From Rhodocyclaceae bacterium (GTDB taxonomy: Bacteria; Pseudomonadota; Gammaproteobacteria; Burkholderiales; Rhodocyclaceae): a stretch of DNA of 64,000 nt. The notes beneath the pieces are model-generated. The model saw nothing but the letters and a program-made list of their open reading frames with translations. It was not told the DNA's origin and made no database searches. Both the position numbers and the translations under genes were made by a program. Positions 48,906 to 59,269 of the stretch are shown piece by piece (position 1 is the stretch's first letter; every line of letters begins with the position of its first letter). The stretch is taken from NCBI GenBank assembly GCA_041678045.1, contig JBAYOV010000009.1, forward strand, positions 3,579 through 67,578. The letters are read 5' to 3'.

Positions 48906-51552
48906 ATGCGCCTGCCCGGCATTCAAATGTCCCTGCGCACCGGTCTGCCGCTCACCCTGCTGCTGACACTGGGCCTGATCATCGGCGCCTCGCTGCTCAA
49001 CACGTTGTGGCAGCAACAACAGGCGCTGGAAGAAGAGGCAGTGGCCGATCTGGTGGCCGAGGCCGGGCGGCTGGCACGGCTGGCCGAGCGTGAGCTGCAG
49101 CGTGCCCCGGCATCGGTGGAGTCGGCGCTCACCCACCTGAGCACCGATCATCGGGTATCGGCCGCACTGCTGATCGACGCCCATGGCACGATACGCATGG
49201 CGCACCGTCTGGCCTGGCGGGGTGAAACCGCCGCAGAGGCGATGCCCGGGCTGGACTATCTCGAATCGCCCGTGGTCGAATCGCGCAAACCTCATCTGGT
49301 GTTCAGCGAGGACCGGCGGCAGATGGGCGTCTGGATGGCCTTCTACGCAGACGATGGCGAGACCACCGGCCGTGCCCTTGAGCATGGACTGATTCATGTG
49401 GCCTACGACCTGACGCAGGCGCTGCAGGCCGGCCGGCAAGCCGCCTTGCGTGCGCGTTTGCCCGACATCCTGGCCACCATCGGCCTGGTGCTGCTGCTGG
49501 GGCTGTGGCTCAACCGGGCGGTGTTCCGCCCGCTCTCCGCCCTCGAACAGGCCAGCGGCCGGCTCGGCCGGGGAGCGCACGCCCCCTCCGGGGAACAGCG
49601 CTCCGCCCCCCCTCCCAAGCTGCCCGGCACCCGGCCACAGGACGCAGTACCGGGCGATGAAGCTGACCGATATCCGCCCGCCCGAAGACATTCCTGCGCT
49701 GCTCGACAACATCCGCAGCCGCCGCACCGGCAGCGCCGGCATCTGGCGCCATGTGTGCGCCGACGGCCACCCGATCCAGGTGGAAGTGATTGCCCACCGG
49801 CTGGAATGGCAGGGGTGCCGTGCCGAACTGGTGATGGCGCTGGACGTGACCGAGCGGGAAAGAACCGCCGAAAACCTGCGCCTGGCGGCAGCGGCGTTCG
49901 AAACGTCGGAAGCGATCACCGTCACCGACCGCAGCGGGCGCATTCTGCGCATCAACCAGGCCTTCACCCGCATCACTGGCTACAGCGCCGAAGAGGCCGT
50001 GGGCCAGAACCACAAACTGCTCAAGTCCGGCCGCCACGATGCCGCCTTTTACCGGGCTTTCTGGGAGAGCCTGCGCCAGTCCGGCCACTGGGAGGGCGAA
50101 ATCTGGAACCGGCGCAAGAACGGCTCGGTATTCCCGCAGTGGCTGTCGATCCGGGCGGTCACCAACAGCGCGGGGGAGATCACCCATTACGTTTCAAACT
50201 TCTTCGACCTGTCCGAGCGCAAGGAGGCCGAGGCAACGATACACCGACTGTCCTCGCGCGACCCGCTGACCGACCTGCCCAACCGCAGCCTGTTCCGCGA
50301 CCGCCTGTCCCAGGAGTTTGCGTCCAGCCGTCGTGCCGGACACTACGGAGCGGTCCTGCAACTCGACATCGACCGCTTCAAGGCGGTGAACGATGCCCGT
50401 GGCCATGCAGTGGGCGATGAACTGCTGCGGCGCATCGCGCTGCGGCTGCGCGAAAGCATTCGCGAAGGCGACACGGTGGCCCGGCTCGGTGCCGACGAGT
50501 TCGCGGTCCTGCTGTGCGATCTGCCCAGAAGCGAGCAGGCCGCCGCGCGGCATGCCCATCAGGTGGCCGAAAAACTGCGCAGCCTGCTGGAGCGTCCTTT
50601 CCATGTCGACGAGCGCGCCTACCATCTGGTGGCCAGCGTGGGCATCACGCTGTTTCCCAAGCAGACGCAAAGCGAATCCGACGATGTGCTGCGCGAGGCC
50701 GATACGGCGCTGTATCGGGCCAAGGAGGCTGGCCGCAACACGGTGCGCTTCTTCGAAAACAGCATGAGCGAAGAGGCGCGCATACGCTTCGAGCTGGAAA
50801 ACGAGTTGCGCAAGGCGGTCGACAACAATGAGCTGCGCCTGTACCTGCAGCCCCAGGTGGATTGCGACGGCAAGGTGCTGGCGGCCGAGGCCCTGGTGCG
50901 CTGGCAGCACCCCGAGCGGGGGCTGGTGCCGCCCGGGGCCTTCATTCCGATAGCGGAAGAAAGCGGGCTGATCCTGCCGCTGGGCGACTGGGTGCTGCGC
51001 CAGTGCTGCCGGCTGCTGTCACGCCCCGAGGTGGACCGGCTGGGGTTGCGCATTGCGGTGAATGTGAGCCCGCGCCAGTTCCGCCAGCCCGACTTCGTGC
51101 CACGCCTGCGCACCCTGCTCAACGCCACCGGCACCGATCCCACCCGCCTGACGATGGAGGTCACCGAAGGGTTGATGCTGGAAGACATCGGCGACACGAT
51201 CGCGAAGATGAACGAACTGGCCGACATCGGCATGCATTTCTCGATCGACGACTTCGGCACCGGCTATTCTTCGCTGGCTTACCTGAAGCGCCTGCCGATT
51301 CACGAACTGAAGATCGACCGCACCTTCGTGCAGGACGCCCCGACCGACCCCAACGATGCGGCGCTGGTCGATGCGATTCTGGCCATGGCCGGACACCTGA
51401 ACCTGCAGGTTGTGGCCGAAGGGGTGGAAACCGAAGCCCAGGCCCGCTTTCTGCGCCAGCGTGGCTGCATGCTGTTCCAGGGCTATCTGACCGGCCGGCC
51501 CGAGCCGGCCACCGAGCTGCTCGCCCGCTGGCTGGAAGGCGGTGGCACGTAA
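48906..51552 (+). pseudogene. Membrane sensor / PAS-PAS-GGDEF-EAL c-di-GMP protein with a disrupted reading frame
   Basis: Frame A (from 48906) encodes TM1, a periplasmic domain of about 150 aa, TM2, and the start of a HAMP domain (RPLSALEQASGRLGRG). Past about 49600 it becomes nonsense. Frame B makes sense from about 49645 (first ATG at 49657, MKLTDIRPPEDI). It carries a PAC remnant, a full PAS, a GGDEF domain with RLGADEF, and an EAL domain (EALVRW, DDFGTGYSSL, EGVETE), ending at 51552. A 1-nt frame offset separates the two. Confidence 0.6.
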
Positions 51553-51643
51553 GCCATCATCACAAGCGTGGGCTGGGCCTGGGTTGCGCATCTACCTGGC
51601 CAAGGACGGTCTGAAAAGTTCTTGATTTTTGCGTTGCCGTCGT

Positions 51644-52045
51644 TCAAATCGTGACCCAGTTTTCCAGCCGCAGACCGGGATAGTCGCGAAAATCGTCTTC
51701 GTTGTTGGTGACCAGCACCGCGCCGGCGGCGATGGCGTGGGCGGCAATGAGGCGGTCGAGCGCGTCGCGGCGGCGGTCGCGGATGGCGGCACGCAGGATG
51801 CCGAACTGCTCAGCAGCGGCTTCGGTGAAAGGCAGCACCGGGATGCGCTGCACCAGCAGGGCAAGCACCTTTTCATCATGGTCGCGGTTGCGTTCTTGTA
51901 TCTCCAGGCCGGCACGCAGTTCGGCATAGGTGACGACCGACATCAACGCCTCGCCCTGCTGCAAGGCGGCGAGGCGCTGCAACACCTGTGGCGGATGACG
52001 CTCGATAAGGTGAATGCAGATATTGGTGTCGAGCATGTAGGGCAT
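51644..52045 (-). CDS. vapC: PIN-domain toxin VapC
   Basis: MPYMLDTNICIHLIE... (first acidic residue), ...AELRAG..., and C-terminal VLVTNNEDDF: the typical VapC layout. Confidence 0.9.
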   Translation of the reverse strand: MPYMLDTNICIHLIERHPPQVLQRLAALQQGEALMSVVTYAELRAGLEIQERNRDHDEKVLALLVQRIPVLPFTEAAAEQFGILRAAIRDRRRDALDRLIAAHAIAAGAVLVTNNEDDFRDYPGLRLENWVTI

Positions 52046-52050
52046 GGCGT

Positions 52051-52353
52051 TCAGAGCCCACCCGGTGACTGTGGCGTCCCATCGGCCTCGGGCTGCGTTT
52101 CGTTGTCGCTGGGCACGCCACGCCACTCGCGCTCTTTCTGCTCGTGAAACTCACGGCCACCGGCCATGAAATCCGGACTGAAGGACGCAAAAATTGCCGG
52201 TACGTCGGCCAGAGTTTCGCGCTCCACCGGGCGCAGCACCAAGGTGTTGCCCACGCGCTCGATTTCGACCTCCGAGGCAGGGTCGAGAAAGGCCAGCTCT
52301 TTGGGAATGCGCACGGCCAGCGAGTTGCCACTCTTGAAAATGCGGGTGAGCAT
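52051..52353 (-). CDS. vapB: AbrB/SpoVT-type antitoxin VapB
   Basis: MLTRIFKSGNSLAVRIPKELAF is the swapped-hairpin AbrB/MazE fold motif. AAGGAG RBS. Ends 5 nt before vapC. Confidence 0.88.
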   Translation of the reverse strand: MLTRIFKSGNSLAVRIPKELAFLDPASEVEIERVGNTLVLRPVERETLADVPAIFASFSPDFMAGGREFHEQKEREWRGVPSDNETQPEADGTPQSPGGL

Positions 52354-52367
52354 GATTCACTCCTTGA

Positions 52368-52386
52368 TGTATATACTGGATATACA
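52368..52386. promoter_or_regulatory. Candidate VapB operator palindrome TGTATAT-ACTGG-ATATACA
   Basis: Perfect 7-bp inverted arms, 15 nt upstream of the vapB start codon in an AT-rich patch. Confidence 0.5.
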
Positions 52387-52622
52387 AGCTTAGAAGATGA
52401 ACGGCCCTTTTGCTACCCGGGTCAGCAGGAGTTGCTCGAAGGCCGGATTCAGCACTGCCGATCCATGAAAGTGCCATCACCAAGAAGGGCAAAGCCTCGT
52501 TGGGCGTGGCAGCCATGGCCTGAGGCGTCGCCGCAGCGCAAAGCTTCAAACACATTGAAAGGGATGCGCGCAAGATGCCCGTCCGGGGCACCGACCGTGC
52601 CGTGCGGACGGACGGAGACAGT

Positions 52623-53894
52623 TCAGGCCAGCGTGTCGTTCAGGATGTTGAAGGCCCACGCCACCGCCATGAAGGCCTCTTCCGAGCTGGCTTCGCGGGA
52701 CACCCCGCCACCGCCCGGCACATCGACCATGGTCTTGCTGCCGGCATCGTAGCGATATACGGTGTTGATGTGCATGGCATCGCCCTCGCTGATGAAGCTG
52801 TAGCAGGTGTTGGCAAACATCGGCTGGTCGATCACCGGCCGGCCTGCGAGCATTGCAGCAATCGCGGCCGCGCACACCTTGGCCTGCTGGTTGGCCAGGT
52901 GGGCGGATTTCGGCATGCCGGGCGCCGAGGCAATCGCATCGCCCAGCACATGAATCCCCGGCACCACACGCGACTCGTACGTCAGGAAATCCACCTCGCA
53001 CCAGCGGCGATCCACATTCGCCAGACCCGCCGAACGGGCAATTTCGCCCGCATGCTGGGGCGGGATGGGATTCCACACGTCGGCGCGCACGCCTTTCTGG
53101 AGGTCGAAGTCGACCGTATTGCCAGCCACATCCATGCGCTCGAAGGCGGCATTCGGCACATACTCGATGACATTCTTGTAACGCCCTGCAAAGGCATCGG
53201 AAAACAGTCCCCGCTTGGCCACGATCTGCGGATTGGCATCGAACACCAGCACCTTGGCGGTCGGATTGGTGCGCTGCAACGAACTGGCCACCAGGCAGGC
53301 ACGCTCATACGGCCCCGGCGGACAGCGGTAAGGCGCGGCCGGTACATGAATCGCATACACCCCGCCCTTGGGCAAGGCACCGAGCATGCGGCGCATCTGG
53401 TGGGTCTGCTGCCCCGCCTTCCAGCCATGCGGGACACGCTGCTGTGCCGCTTCCGATTCGAGCCCGGCCATCGCGCTGTAATCCACATCGATGCCGGGCG
53501 CCAGCACCAGCCGGTCATACGGCAGGGCCGGACCGCGCGCCAAACGCACGCTGCGCTGCTGAGCATCGATGGCGGTCACCCGGTCATGCACCACGGTGAT
53601 GCCATGCTTGCGCTGCAGGGCATCGTAATCCCGGGTCAGGTCGCGCACGCTCATCGCACCGCTGATGACACGATTGCTCATCGGGCAAGACACAAACTCC
53701 GAGGCCGCCTCGACCAGCGTCACCTCTGCACCGGGCGCCCAGCGGCGGATGTACTTGGCACAAGTGGCCCCGGCAAAGCTGCCCCCCACCACCACAATGC
53801 GGGCACCACGGCCCACCTGCGCACTCGCGGGCGAGATCAACCCGGTCATCAGGCCGGAAGCCGCCAGCCAGCGAATGAATTCCCTGCGTTGCAT
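52623..53894 (-). CDS. fccB: Flavocytochrome c sulfide dehydrogenase, flavoprotein subunit (FccB/SoxF type)
   Basis: Tat signal MQRREFIRWLAASGLMTGLISPASA and FAD fold VVVGGSFAGATCAKY. 423 aa and adjacent to a small cytochrome c. Confidence 0.88.
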   Translation of the reverse strand: MQRREFIRWLAASGLMTGLISPASAQVGRGARIVVVGGSFAGATCAKYIRRWAPGAEVTLVEAASEFVSCPMSNRVISGAMSVRDLTRDYDALQRKHGITVVHDRVTAIDAQQRSVRLARGPALPYDRLVLAPGIDVDYSAMAGLESEAAQQRVPHGWKAGQQTHQMRRMLGALPKGGVYAIHVPAAPYRCPPGPYERACLVASSLQRTNPTAKVLVFDANPQIVAKRGLFSDAFAGRYKNVIEYVPNAAFERMDVAGNTVDFDLQKGVRADVWNPIPPQHAGEIARSAGLANVDRRWCEVDFLTYESRVVPGIHVLGDAIASAPGMPKSAHLANQQAKVCAAAIAAMLAGRPVIDQPMFANTCYSFISEGDAMHINTVYRYDAGSKTMVDVPGGGGVSREASSEEAFMAVAWAFNILNDTLA

Positions 53895-53909
53895 GGCTCT
53901 CCCCTCCGC

Positions 53910-54221
53910 TCAGTTCGATGCGCCGAGCACGTTGGCAATCCGGCGCAGTTGTTCATCGGTGAAGCCACGTGTCTGATGGTGCATGATGGTGGCTCTCCGC
54001 TCACCCTCACGGAACTCGATCAGGATTTTGTACAGCCCGTCGGCAGACAGGCCGGCAATCGACGGCATCCCGCCGTCCGAACGCCCTTCCGGACCGTGGC
54101 AGGCATAACAGGTGGATGCCCAGAGCACAGCGGCATGATCTTCTGCCGCCAGCCCCGGCGATGACAGGGCGGTCAGCCCCAGCGCGCACAGGACGGTGGC
54201 AACGCGAAAACGTTGTGGCAT
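53910..54221 (-). CDS. fccA: Monohaem c-type cytochrome subunit (FccA-like)
   Basis: 103 aa with signal peptide MPQRFRVATVLCALGLTALSSPGLAA and a single CYACHG haem motif. AGGAGA RBS. Confidence 0.8.
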   Translation of the reverse strand: MPQRFRVATVLCALGLTALSSPGLAAEDHAAVLWASTCYACHGPEGRSDGGMPSIAGLSADGLYKILIEFREGERRATIMHHQTRGFTDEQLRRIANVLGASN

Positions 54222-54342
54222 TCGGTTTCTCCTGACGGCCCGGTCCGCACGGCGGCCGGACGCTTGCGTGACGATCCGTGGATGCAGTCGTCTTGATACC
54301 TCAGCCGGATCAAATACGCAACCTGAGTGAGGACATTCGCCC

Positions 54343-54978
54343 TCAGGCATTGTGCTTGGTGCCAAAGATCTTGTCGCCCGCATCGCCCAGACCGGGGATG
54401 ATGTAGCCCACCTCGTTGAGATGGCTGTCGATGCTGGCGGTGTAGATGTCAACATCCGGATGAGATTCTGCCATGCGCCGGATGCCCTCGGGCGCCGCCA
54501 CCAGCACCAGCGCCTTGATCTGCGTGCAGCCCTTGCGCTTGAGCATGTCCACCGTGGCCGCCATCGACCCACCCGTGGCCAGCATCGGATCGATCACCAG
54601 CGCCATGCGCTCGTTGAGCTCGCCGACAAATTTCTCGAAATACGGGGCAGGCTGCAAGGTTTCCTCGTTGCGGGCAATGCCGACCACGCTCACCTTGGCA
54701 CTCGGAATCATGTCGAGCACACCGTCGAGCATGCCCAGTCCGGCACGCAGAATGGGCACGACGGTGACCTTCTTGCCCTTGATCTGCTCCACCTCGACCG
54801 GCCCGGCCCACCCTTCGATGGTCACGGTTTCGAGCGGAAAGTCCTGGCACGCCTCATACGCCAGCAACCGGGCCAGCTCGGAGGTCAGCTCGCGGAATTT
54901 CTTGGTACTGGCATCGGTCTCGCGCATCAGGCCGATCTTGTGTCTCACCAACGGGTGTCGGATTTCATGAATGGGCAT
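54343..54978 (-). CDS. upp: Uracil phosphoribosyltransferase
   Basis: [20 protein letters not shown] and PRPP loop [12 protein letters not shown]. Confidence 0.97.
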   Translation of the reverse strand: MPIHEIRHPLVRHKIGLMRETDASTKKFRELTSELARLLAYEACQDFPLETVTIEGWAGPVEVEQIKGKKVTVVPILRAGLGMLDGVLDMIPSAKVSVVGIARNEETLQPAPYFEKFVGELNERMALVIDPMLATGGSMAATVDMLKRKGCTQIKALVLVAAPEGIRRMAESHPDVDIYTASIDSHLNEVGYIIPGLGDAGDKIFGTKHNA

Positions 54979-55085
54979 GGCAGGCGTCCTGTACGGCCAA
55001 ACAAACGGAGTTGCCAGTTTAACCGCAAGCCCGCGCCCGGTGCGCTCCGGTAGAATGCACCATCGAATACAGCAAGGAACATGCG

Positions 55086-55643
55086 ATGACGGTGGACATG
55101 CAGGAAATCATTCGCGCTCGCGAAGAGGCCGACTGCCTGGTGGATGACGCAGCGGTCGAAGCGGCGCTTGATCGCATGGCGGCCGAAATCACCGCCGAAC
55201 TCGGGCACAGCAATCCGCTGGTGTATTCGGTGATGAACGGCGGCCTGATCCTCGGCGGGCGCATCCTGCCGCGCCTGCCGTTTCCGCTGGAGGTGGCCTA
55301 TCTGCACGCCACCCGTTACGGCCATGCGCTGCAGGGTACCCTGCTCGACTGGCGGGTGCGCCCCACGCAGGACCTGCGCGACCGCACGGTGCTGGTGCTC
55401 GACGACATTCTGGACGAAGGCCACACCCTTGCGGCGATCATCGATTATCTGAAGGAAGAAGGCGCCCGCCGTGTGTATTGCGCCGTGCTCACGCACAAGG
55501 TGCATGAGCGCAAGGCGTATCCGGGCATGCGGGCCGACTTCACCGGCATCGATGTGCCGGACCGCTTCCTGTTCGGCTGTGGCATGGACTACAAGGGCTA
55601 TTGGCGCAACGCGCCGGGCATCTACGCCGTCAGGGGACTTTGA
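55086..55643 (+). CDS. hpt: Hypoxanthine-guanine phosphoribosyltransferase-type PRTase
   Basis: PRPP motif [14 protein letters not shown] and C-terminal [15 protein letters not shown]. Confidence 0.85.
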   Translation: MTVDMQEIIRAREEADCLVDDAAVEAALDRMAAEITAELGHSNPLVYSVMNGGLILGGRILPRLPFPLEVAYLHATRYGHALQGTLLDWRVRPTQDLRDRTVLVLDDILDEGHTLAAIIDYLKEEGARRVYCAVLTHKVHERKAYPGMRADFTGIDVPDRFLFGCGMDYKGYWRNAPGIYAVRGL

Positions 55644-55666
55644 ACGCACAACGGGAGGGCACGGAA

Positions 55667-55996
55667 ATGCTGGTCACCTTCAAATCGGCCGCAGCGGCCG
55701 ACGTCATCATGTTTGGCGATGTTGCCAAAAAGCTCATCGAGATCATGGGCAAGGACCCGAGCGACGGCAAGGGCATCGTCACCGTGGAGCAGATTCCCGA
55801 GGCGATGGCCCGTCTGCGCAGCGCCATCGAGGAAGACAAGGCCCGCCAGGCCGCCCACAACCAGGAAGAGGAGGACGCCGAACAGGGCAAGACCGGCATG
55901 GCCGCCCCCGTCGGCCTCGCCCAACGCGCCTGGCCCCTGCTCGACATGCTGGAATATTCCCAACAGGAAGCCGTACCGGTGGTGTGGGGCGTATAG
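55667..55996 (+). CDS. DUF1840-family protein
   Basis: 109 aa starting MLVTFKSAAAADVIMFGDVAKKLIEIMGKD, with a GGGAGGG RBS. Confidence 0.75.
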   Translation: MLVTFKSAAAADVIMFGDVAKKLIEIMGKDPSDGKGIVTVEQIPEAMARLRSAIEEDKARQAAHNQEEEDAEQGKTGMAAPVGLAQRAWPLLDMLEYSQQEAVPVVWGV

Positions 55997-56039
55997 CCTG
56001 GACACCGGCGCAGTCGCACTGAATGGTTTTACCTGACGC

Positions 56040-57236
56040 TCACCGGCCTTGTGCCGGCGCACCGCGCAGCCGCCAGACCATGCCCCAGGCCACCAGTGCG
56101 GTGAGTACGCTCCAGAACCAGACGCCGTTGGTCATCGGCAGGCGGGTGTTGTCCATGTGTGTGCCCAGCCAGGCGCCCATGGCAAAGGCGGACAGCATCA
56201 TCAGGAAGCCACTCAGGGCCGAGGCGGCGCCTGCGGCCTGAGGGAAAGGCCCCACGGCGCCGGCCTGGCCACAGGGCTGGTGGATGCCGTGCGCAAGCAT
56301 GAAGAGATAAAACGGCAACATGATCGCCAGACCGCTGTCCACGCCAGCCAGCGCCAGCCCCCCCATCAGCGAGCCGCCCGACACCGACAGCAGGCCGCCA
56401 ATGGCAACCGTACGGTGCGGCCCGAAACGCTGCAGCAGGCGACGGCACAGCACGGTGCCCAGCAGATAAGCCAGCGCCATGGTCAGCATGATGCCGCCGT
56501 ACATCATCCTGGAGAGCCCCATCAGGCCGATGAACACAAAGGACGAGGCCGCCAGAAAGGTGAACAGCCCACCGTAGGACATCATCGCCAGCAGCGCATA
56601 GGCCCAGAACGTGCGATTGCCCAGAATCGTCCGCCAGGTGCGCAGCAGCACCCGTGGCTGCAGGGCATGCGGATTGGGCGTGCGCAGGGTTTCCTCAAAA
56701 TGCAGCACGACCATGGCCAGCGCCAGTGCCCCAAAGGCGGCCAGCGCCCCCAGGGCTGCGCGCCAGCCCAGATACTCGGCCAGCACGCCCCCCAGGGGCA
56801 GGCTCAGGCAGGCAATCACCCCCAGACCGGACAAACCCTTGCTGATCACCCGCGCGCCCATCTCCGGCGAATACAGGTCGCGCACCAGCGCACGCGCGCA
56901 CATTACCGACGCCCCCATCGCCGCCCCCTGCACGATGCGCCACAACAGCAGCATCTCCATGGACGGCGCCAGCGCACTGGCCAGCGCCGACACGGTATAC
57001 GCAGACAGCCCGATGAGCAGCACGGGCTTGCGCCCATAGCGGTCGGACAGCGGCCCCCACACCAACTGCGAACAGCCAAACGCCAGCAGCAACCCGGACA
57101 GCGTCAGTTGCGCCTGGGCAATGCTCGCCGACAAGGCGTCGGTGAGGGCCGGCAGGGCCGGCAGGTAAAGGTCAGTGGTGACGGGCTGGATGCCCAGCAG
57201 CAGCGACAGCGCGAGCACCACGAAGGCTTGTGACAT
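56040..57236 (-). CDS. MFS transporter (Bcr/CflA drug-resistance subfamily)
   Basis: 12-TM MFS starting MSQAFVVLALSLLLGIQPVTTDLYLPALPALT, with GPLSDRYGRKPVLL motif A. Confidence 0.88.
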   Translation of the reverse strand: MSQAFVVLALSLLLGIQPVTTDLYLPALPALTDALSASIAQAQLTLSGLLLAFGCSQLVWGPLSDRYGRKPVLLIGLSAYTVSALASALAPSMEMLLLWRIVQGAAMGASVMCARALVRDLYSPEMGARVISKGLSGLGVIACLSLPLGGVLAEYLGWRAALGALAAFGALALAMVVLHFEETLRTPNPHALQPRVLLRTWRTILGNRTFWAYALLAMMSYGGLFTFLAASSFVFIGLMGLSRMMYGGIMLTMALAYLLGTVLCRRLLQRFGPHRTVAIGGLLSVSGGSLMGGLALAGVDSGLAIMLPFYLFMLAHGIHQPCGQAGAVGPFPQAAGAASALSGFLMMLSAFAMGAWLGTHMDNTRLPMTNGVWFWSVLTALVAWGMVWRLRGAPAQGR

Positions 57237-57261
57237 GCCGGAATCCGCCCGCGTGCGCCCG

Positions 57262-57909
57262 TCAGTGTTCCGCATCGGCCTGCTGCTGCGGGGCCGCCAG
57301 ACGGAAGGCTTCGAGTGCCTCACAGCGCTCGGCGATGCGCTGGATCACCGGCATGGCGCCCAGATCGCACCCGAAGCGCCGCGCATTGAACACCTGTGGC
57401 ACCAGACAGCAATCGGCCAGCGTCGGCGTATCGCCATGGCAGAAGCTGGCCGTGTCCGGATGGCCGGCAAGCATCTGCTCCAGCGCCGCCAGCCCCTGTG
57501 TCACCCAGTGCCGGTACCACGCGTTCTTCTGCTCGTCGCTGGCGCCCAGTTCGCGGGTGAGGTACTGCAGCACGCGCAGGTTGTTGATCGGGTGAATGTC
57601 GCAGGCGATGCTCTGCGCAATCGCCCGCACCCGTGCGCGCCCCAGCGCATCGGCCGGCAGCAGGGGGGGCGCCGGATGGGTTTCGTCCAGATACTCCATG
57701 ATCGCCAGCGACTGGGTGAGCACATGCCCTCCGTCCTCCAGCGCCGGCACCAGGCCGGCCGGGTTCAGCGCACGGTAGTCGGGCAAATGCTGTTCGCCCC
57801 CGCTGCGCACCAGATGCACCGCCACCGGCGACCAGTCCAGCCCCTTGAGGTTGAGTGCGATCCGCACACGGTAGGCGGCAGAGCTGCGAAAGTAGGTATA
57901 CAAACGCAT
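57262..57909 (-). CDS. maiA: Maleylacetoacetate/maleylpyruvate isomerase (zeta-class GST)
   Basis: MRLYTYFRSSAAYRVRIALNLKG contains the zeta-class SSxxxRVRIAL signature. Confidence 0.92.
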   Translation of the reverse strand: MRLYTYFRSSAAYRVRIALNLKGLDWSPVAVHLVRSGGEQHLPDYRALNPAGLVPALEDGGHVLTQSLAIMEYLDETHPAPPLLPADALGRARVRAIAQSIACDIHPINNLRVLQYLTRELGASDEQKNAWYRHWVTQGLAALEQMLAGHPDTASFCHGDTPTLADCCLVPQVFNARRFGCDLGAMPVIQRIAERCEALEAFRLAAPQQQADAEH

Positions 57910-57943
57910 GTCAGTCCTTGCTTGGTAAGTTTTGCAATCGGCA

Positions 57944-59269
57944 TCAGCCGTTCAGCAGATGCACCAGCCACAGCGACAGCCCCGGGAACAGGGCCAGCAA
58001 CACGATGCGCACCCCGTCCGATGCCAGAAAGGGCAGCACGCCACGGAAGGTTTCGCGCATCGGCACATCCTTGGCGAGACTGTTGATGATGAACACGTTC
58101 ATGCCCACTGGCGGCGTGATCAGGCCGATTTCCACCACCATCAGCGCCAGGATGCCGAACCAGATGGCCTTGTCGGTCGGCCCCAGCCCCCAGAAATCCA
58201 GCCCCATCACGATGGGCAGGAAGATCGGGATGGTGAGCAGGATCATCGACAGGCTGTCCATCACGCAGCCCAGCAGCAGATACACCAGGATGATGCCGAC
58301 CAGCACCAGCGCCGGCGACAGCCCGCTGTCCAGCACCCACCCGGCCATCGCCTGCGGCATCTGCGACAGGGCGAGAAAGGCGTTGAGCACATCCGCGCCC
58401 AGCAGGATCAGGAAGATCATCGCGGTCGCCTCGGTGGCGCCCAGCACCGCGCCGACAAAGCCGCGCCAGTCCATCTCCCGCGAAAGCAGCGCCAGCGCGA
58501 GGGTGGCGATGGTGCCCACCGCAGCCGCCTCGGTGGGCGTGAAGATGCCGCCATAGATGCCGCCGATGACCACCACGAAGACGGTCACGATCGGCCACAC
58601 CCGGCGTACTGCCGCCCAACGCTCCGACCACGGCAGCGGCGGATTGGCCGGTCCGCTGCCCGGCACCACGCGTACCATGATGGCCACCACGATCATGTAG
58701 CCGAACATCGCGATCAGGCCCGGAATCAGCGCCGCCATGAACATCGCCGCCACGTTCTGCTCGGCCAGGATCGCGTAGATCACCAGCACCACCGAAGGCG
58801 GAATGAGGATGCCCAGCGTGCCGCCGGCGGCCAGCGCACCGGTCGACAGCGCCGGAGAATAGCGGCTGCGACGCAACTCCGGCAGGGCCACCTTGCCCAT
58901 GGTTGCGGCCGTGGCCAGCGAAGAGCCGCAAATGGCCCCGAACCCGGCGCAGGCACCGATGGCGCTCATCGCCACGCCACCGCGATAGTGCCCGAGAAAG
59001 GCATTCGTGGCCTGAAACAGACGCCGCGACAAGCCGCCGCTGGACGCGATGTTGCCCATCAGCAGGAACAGCGGCACCACCGACAGGTCGTACATCGAGA
59101 AGCGCCCATACGCCAGATTCTTGAGGTAGTTCATCAGCGGATCGAAGCCCGACACCGCAATGTAGCCAATCGAGCCCCCCAACAGCATCGCCATGCCGAT
59201 ATGCACGCGCAGCGCGAGCAGCACCAGCACCAGCCCTCCAACCAGAAAACCGATCGTCACGCTGCTCAT
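57944..59269 (-). CDS. dctM: TRAP transporter large permease DctM
   Basis: 441-aa polytopic protein starting MSSVTIGFLVGGLVLVLLAL. ATG overlaps the dctQ stop (ATGA). Confidence 0.93.
   Translation of the reverse strand: MSSVTIGFLVGGLVLVLLALRVHIGMAMLLGGSIGYIAVSGFDPLMNYLKNLAYGRFSMYDLSVVPLFLLMGNIASSGGLSRRLFQATNAFLGHYRGGVAMSAIGACAGFGAICGSSLATAATMGKVALPELRRSRYSPALSTGALAAGGTLGILIPPSVVLVIYAILAEQNVAAMFMAALIPGLIAMFGYMIVVAIMVRVVPGSGPANPPLPWSERWAAVRRVWPIVTVFVVVIGGIYGGIFTPTEAAAVGTIATLALALLSREMDWRGFVGAVLGATEATAMIFLILLGADVLNAFLALSQMPQAMAGWVLDSGLSPALVLVGIILVYLLLGCVMDSLSMILLTIPIFLPIVMGLDFWGLGPTDKAIWFGILALMVVEIGLITPPVGMNVFIINSLAKDVPMRETFRGVLPFLASDGVRIVLLALFPGLSLWLVHLLNG

Noticed and set aside
49660-50420. 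Continuation of the 48906 ORF to 50420 (504-aa product)
   Set aside because: Downstream of about 49600 this frame reads as Pro/Arg/Gly-rich junk, while the +1 frame encodes textbook PAS and GGDEF motifs. The continuation exists only because the frame happens to lack stops.
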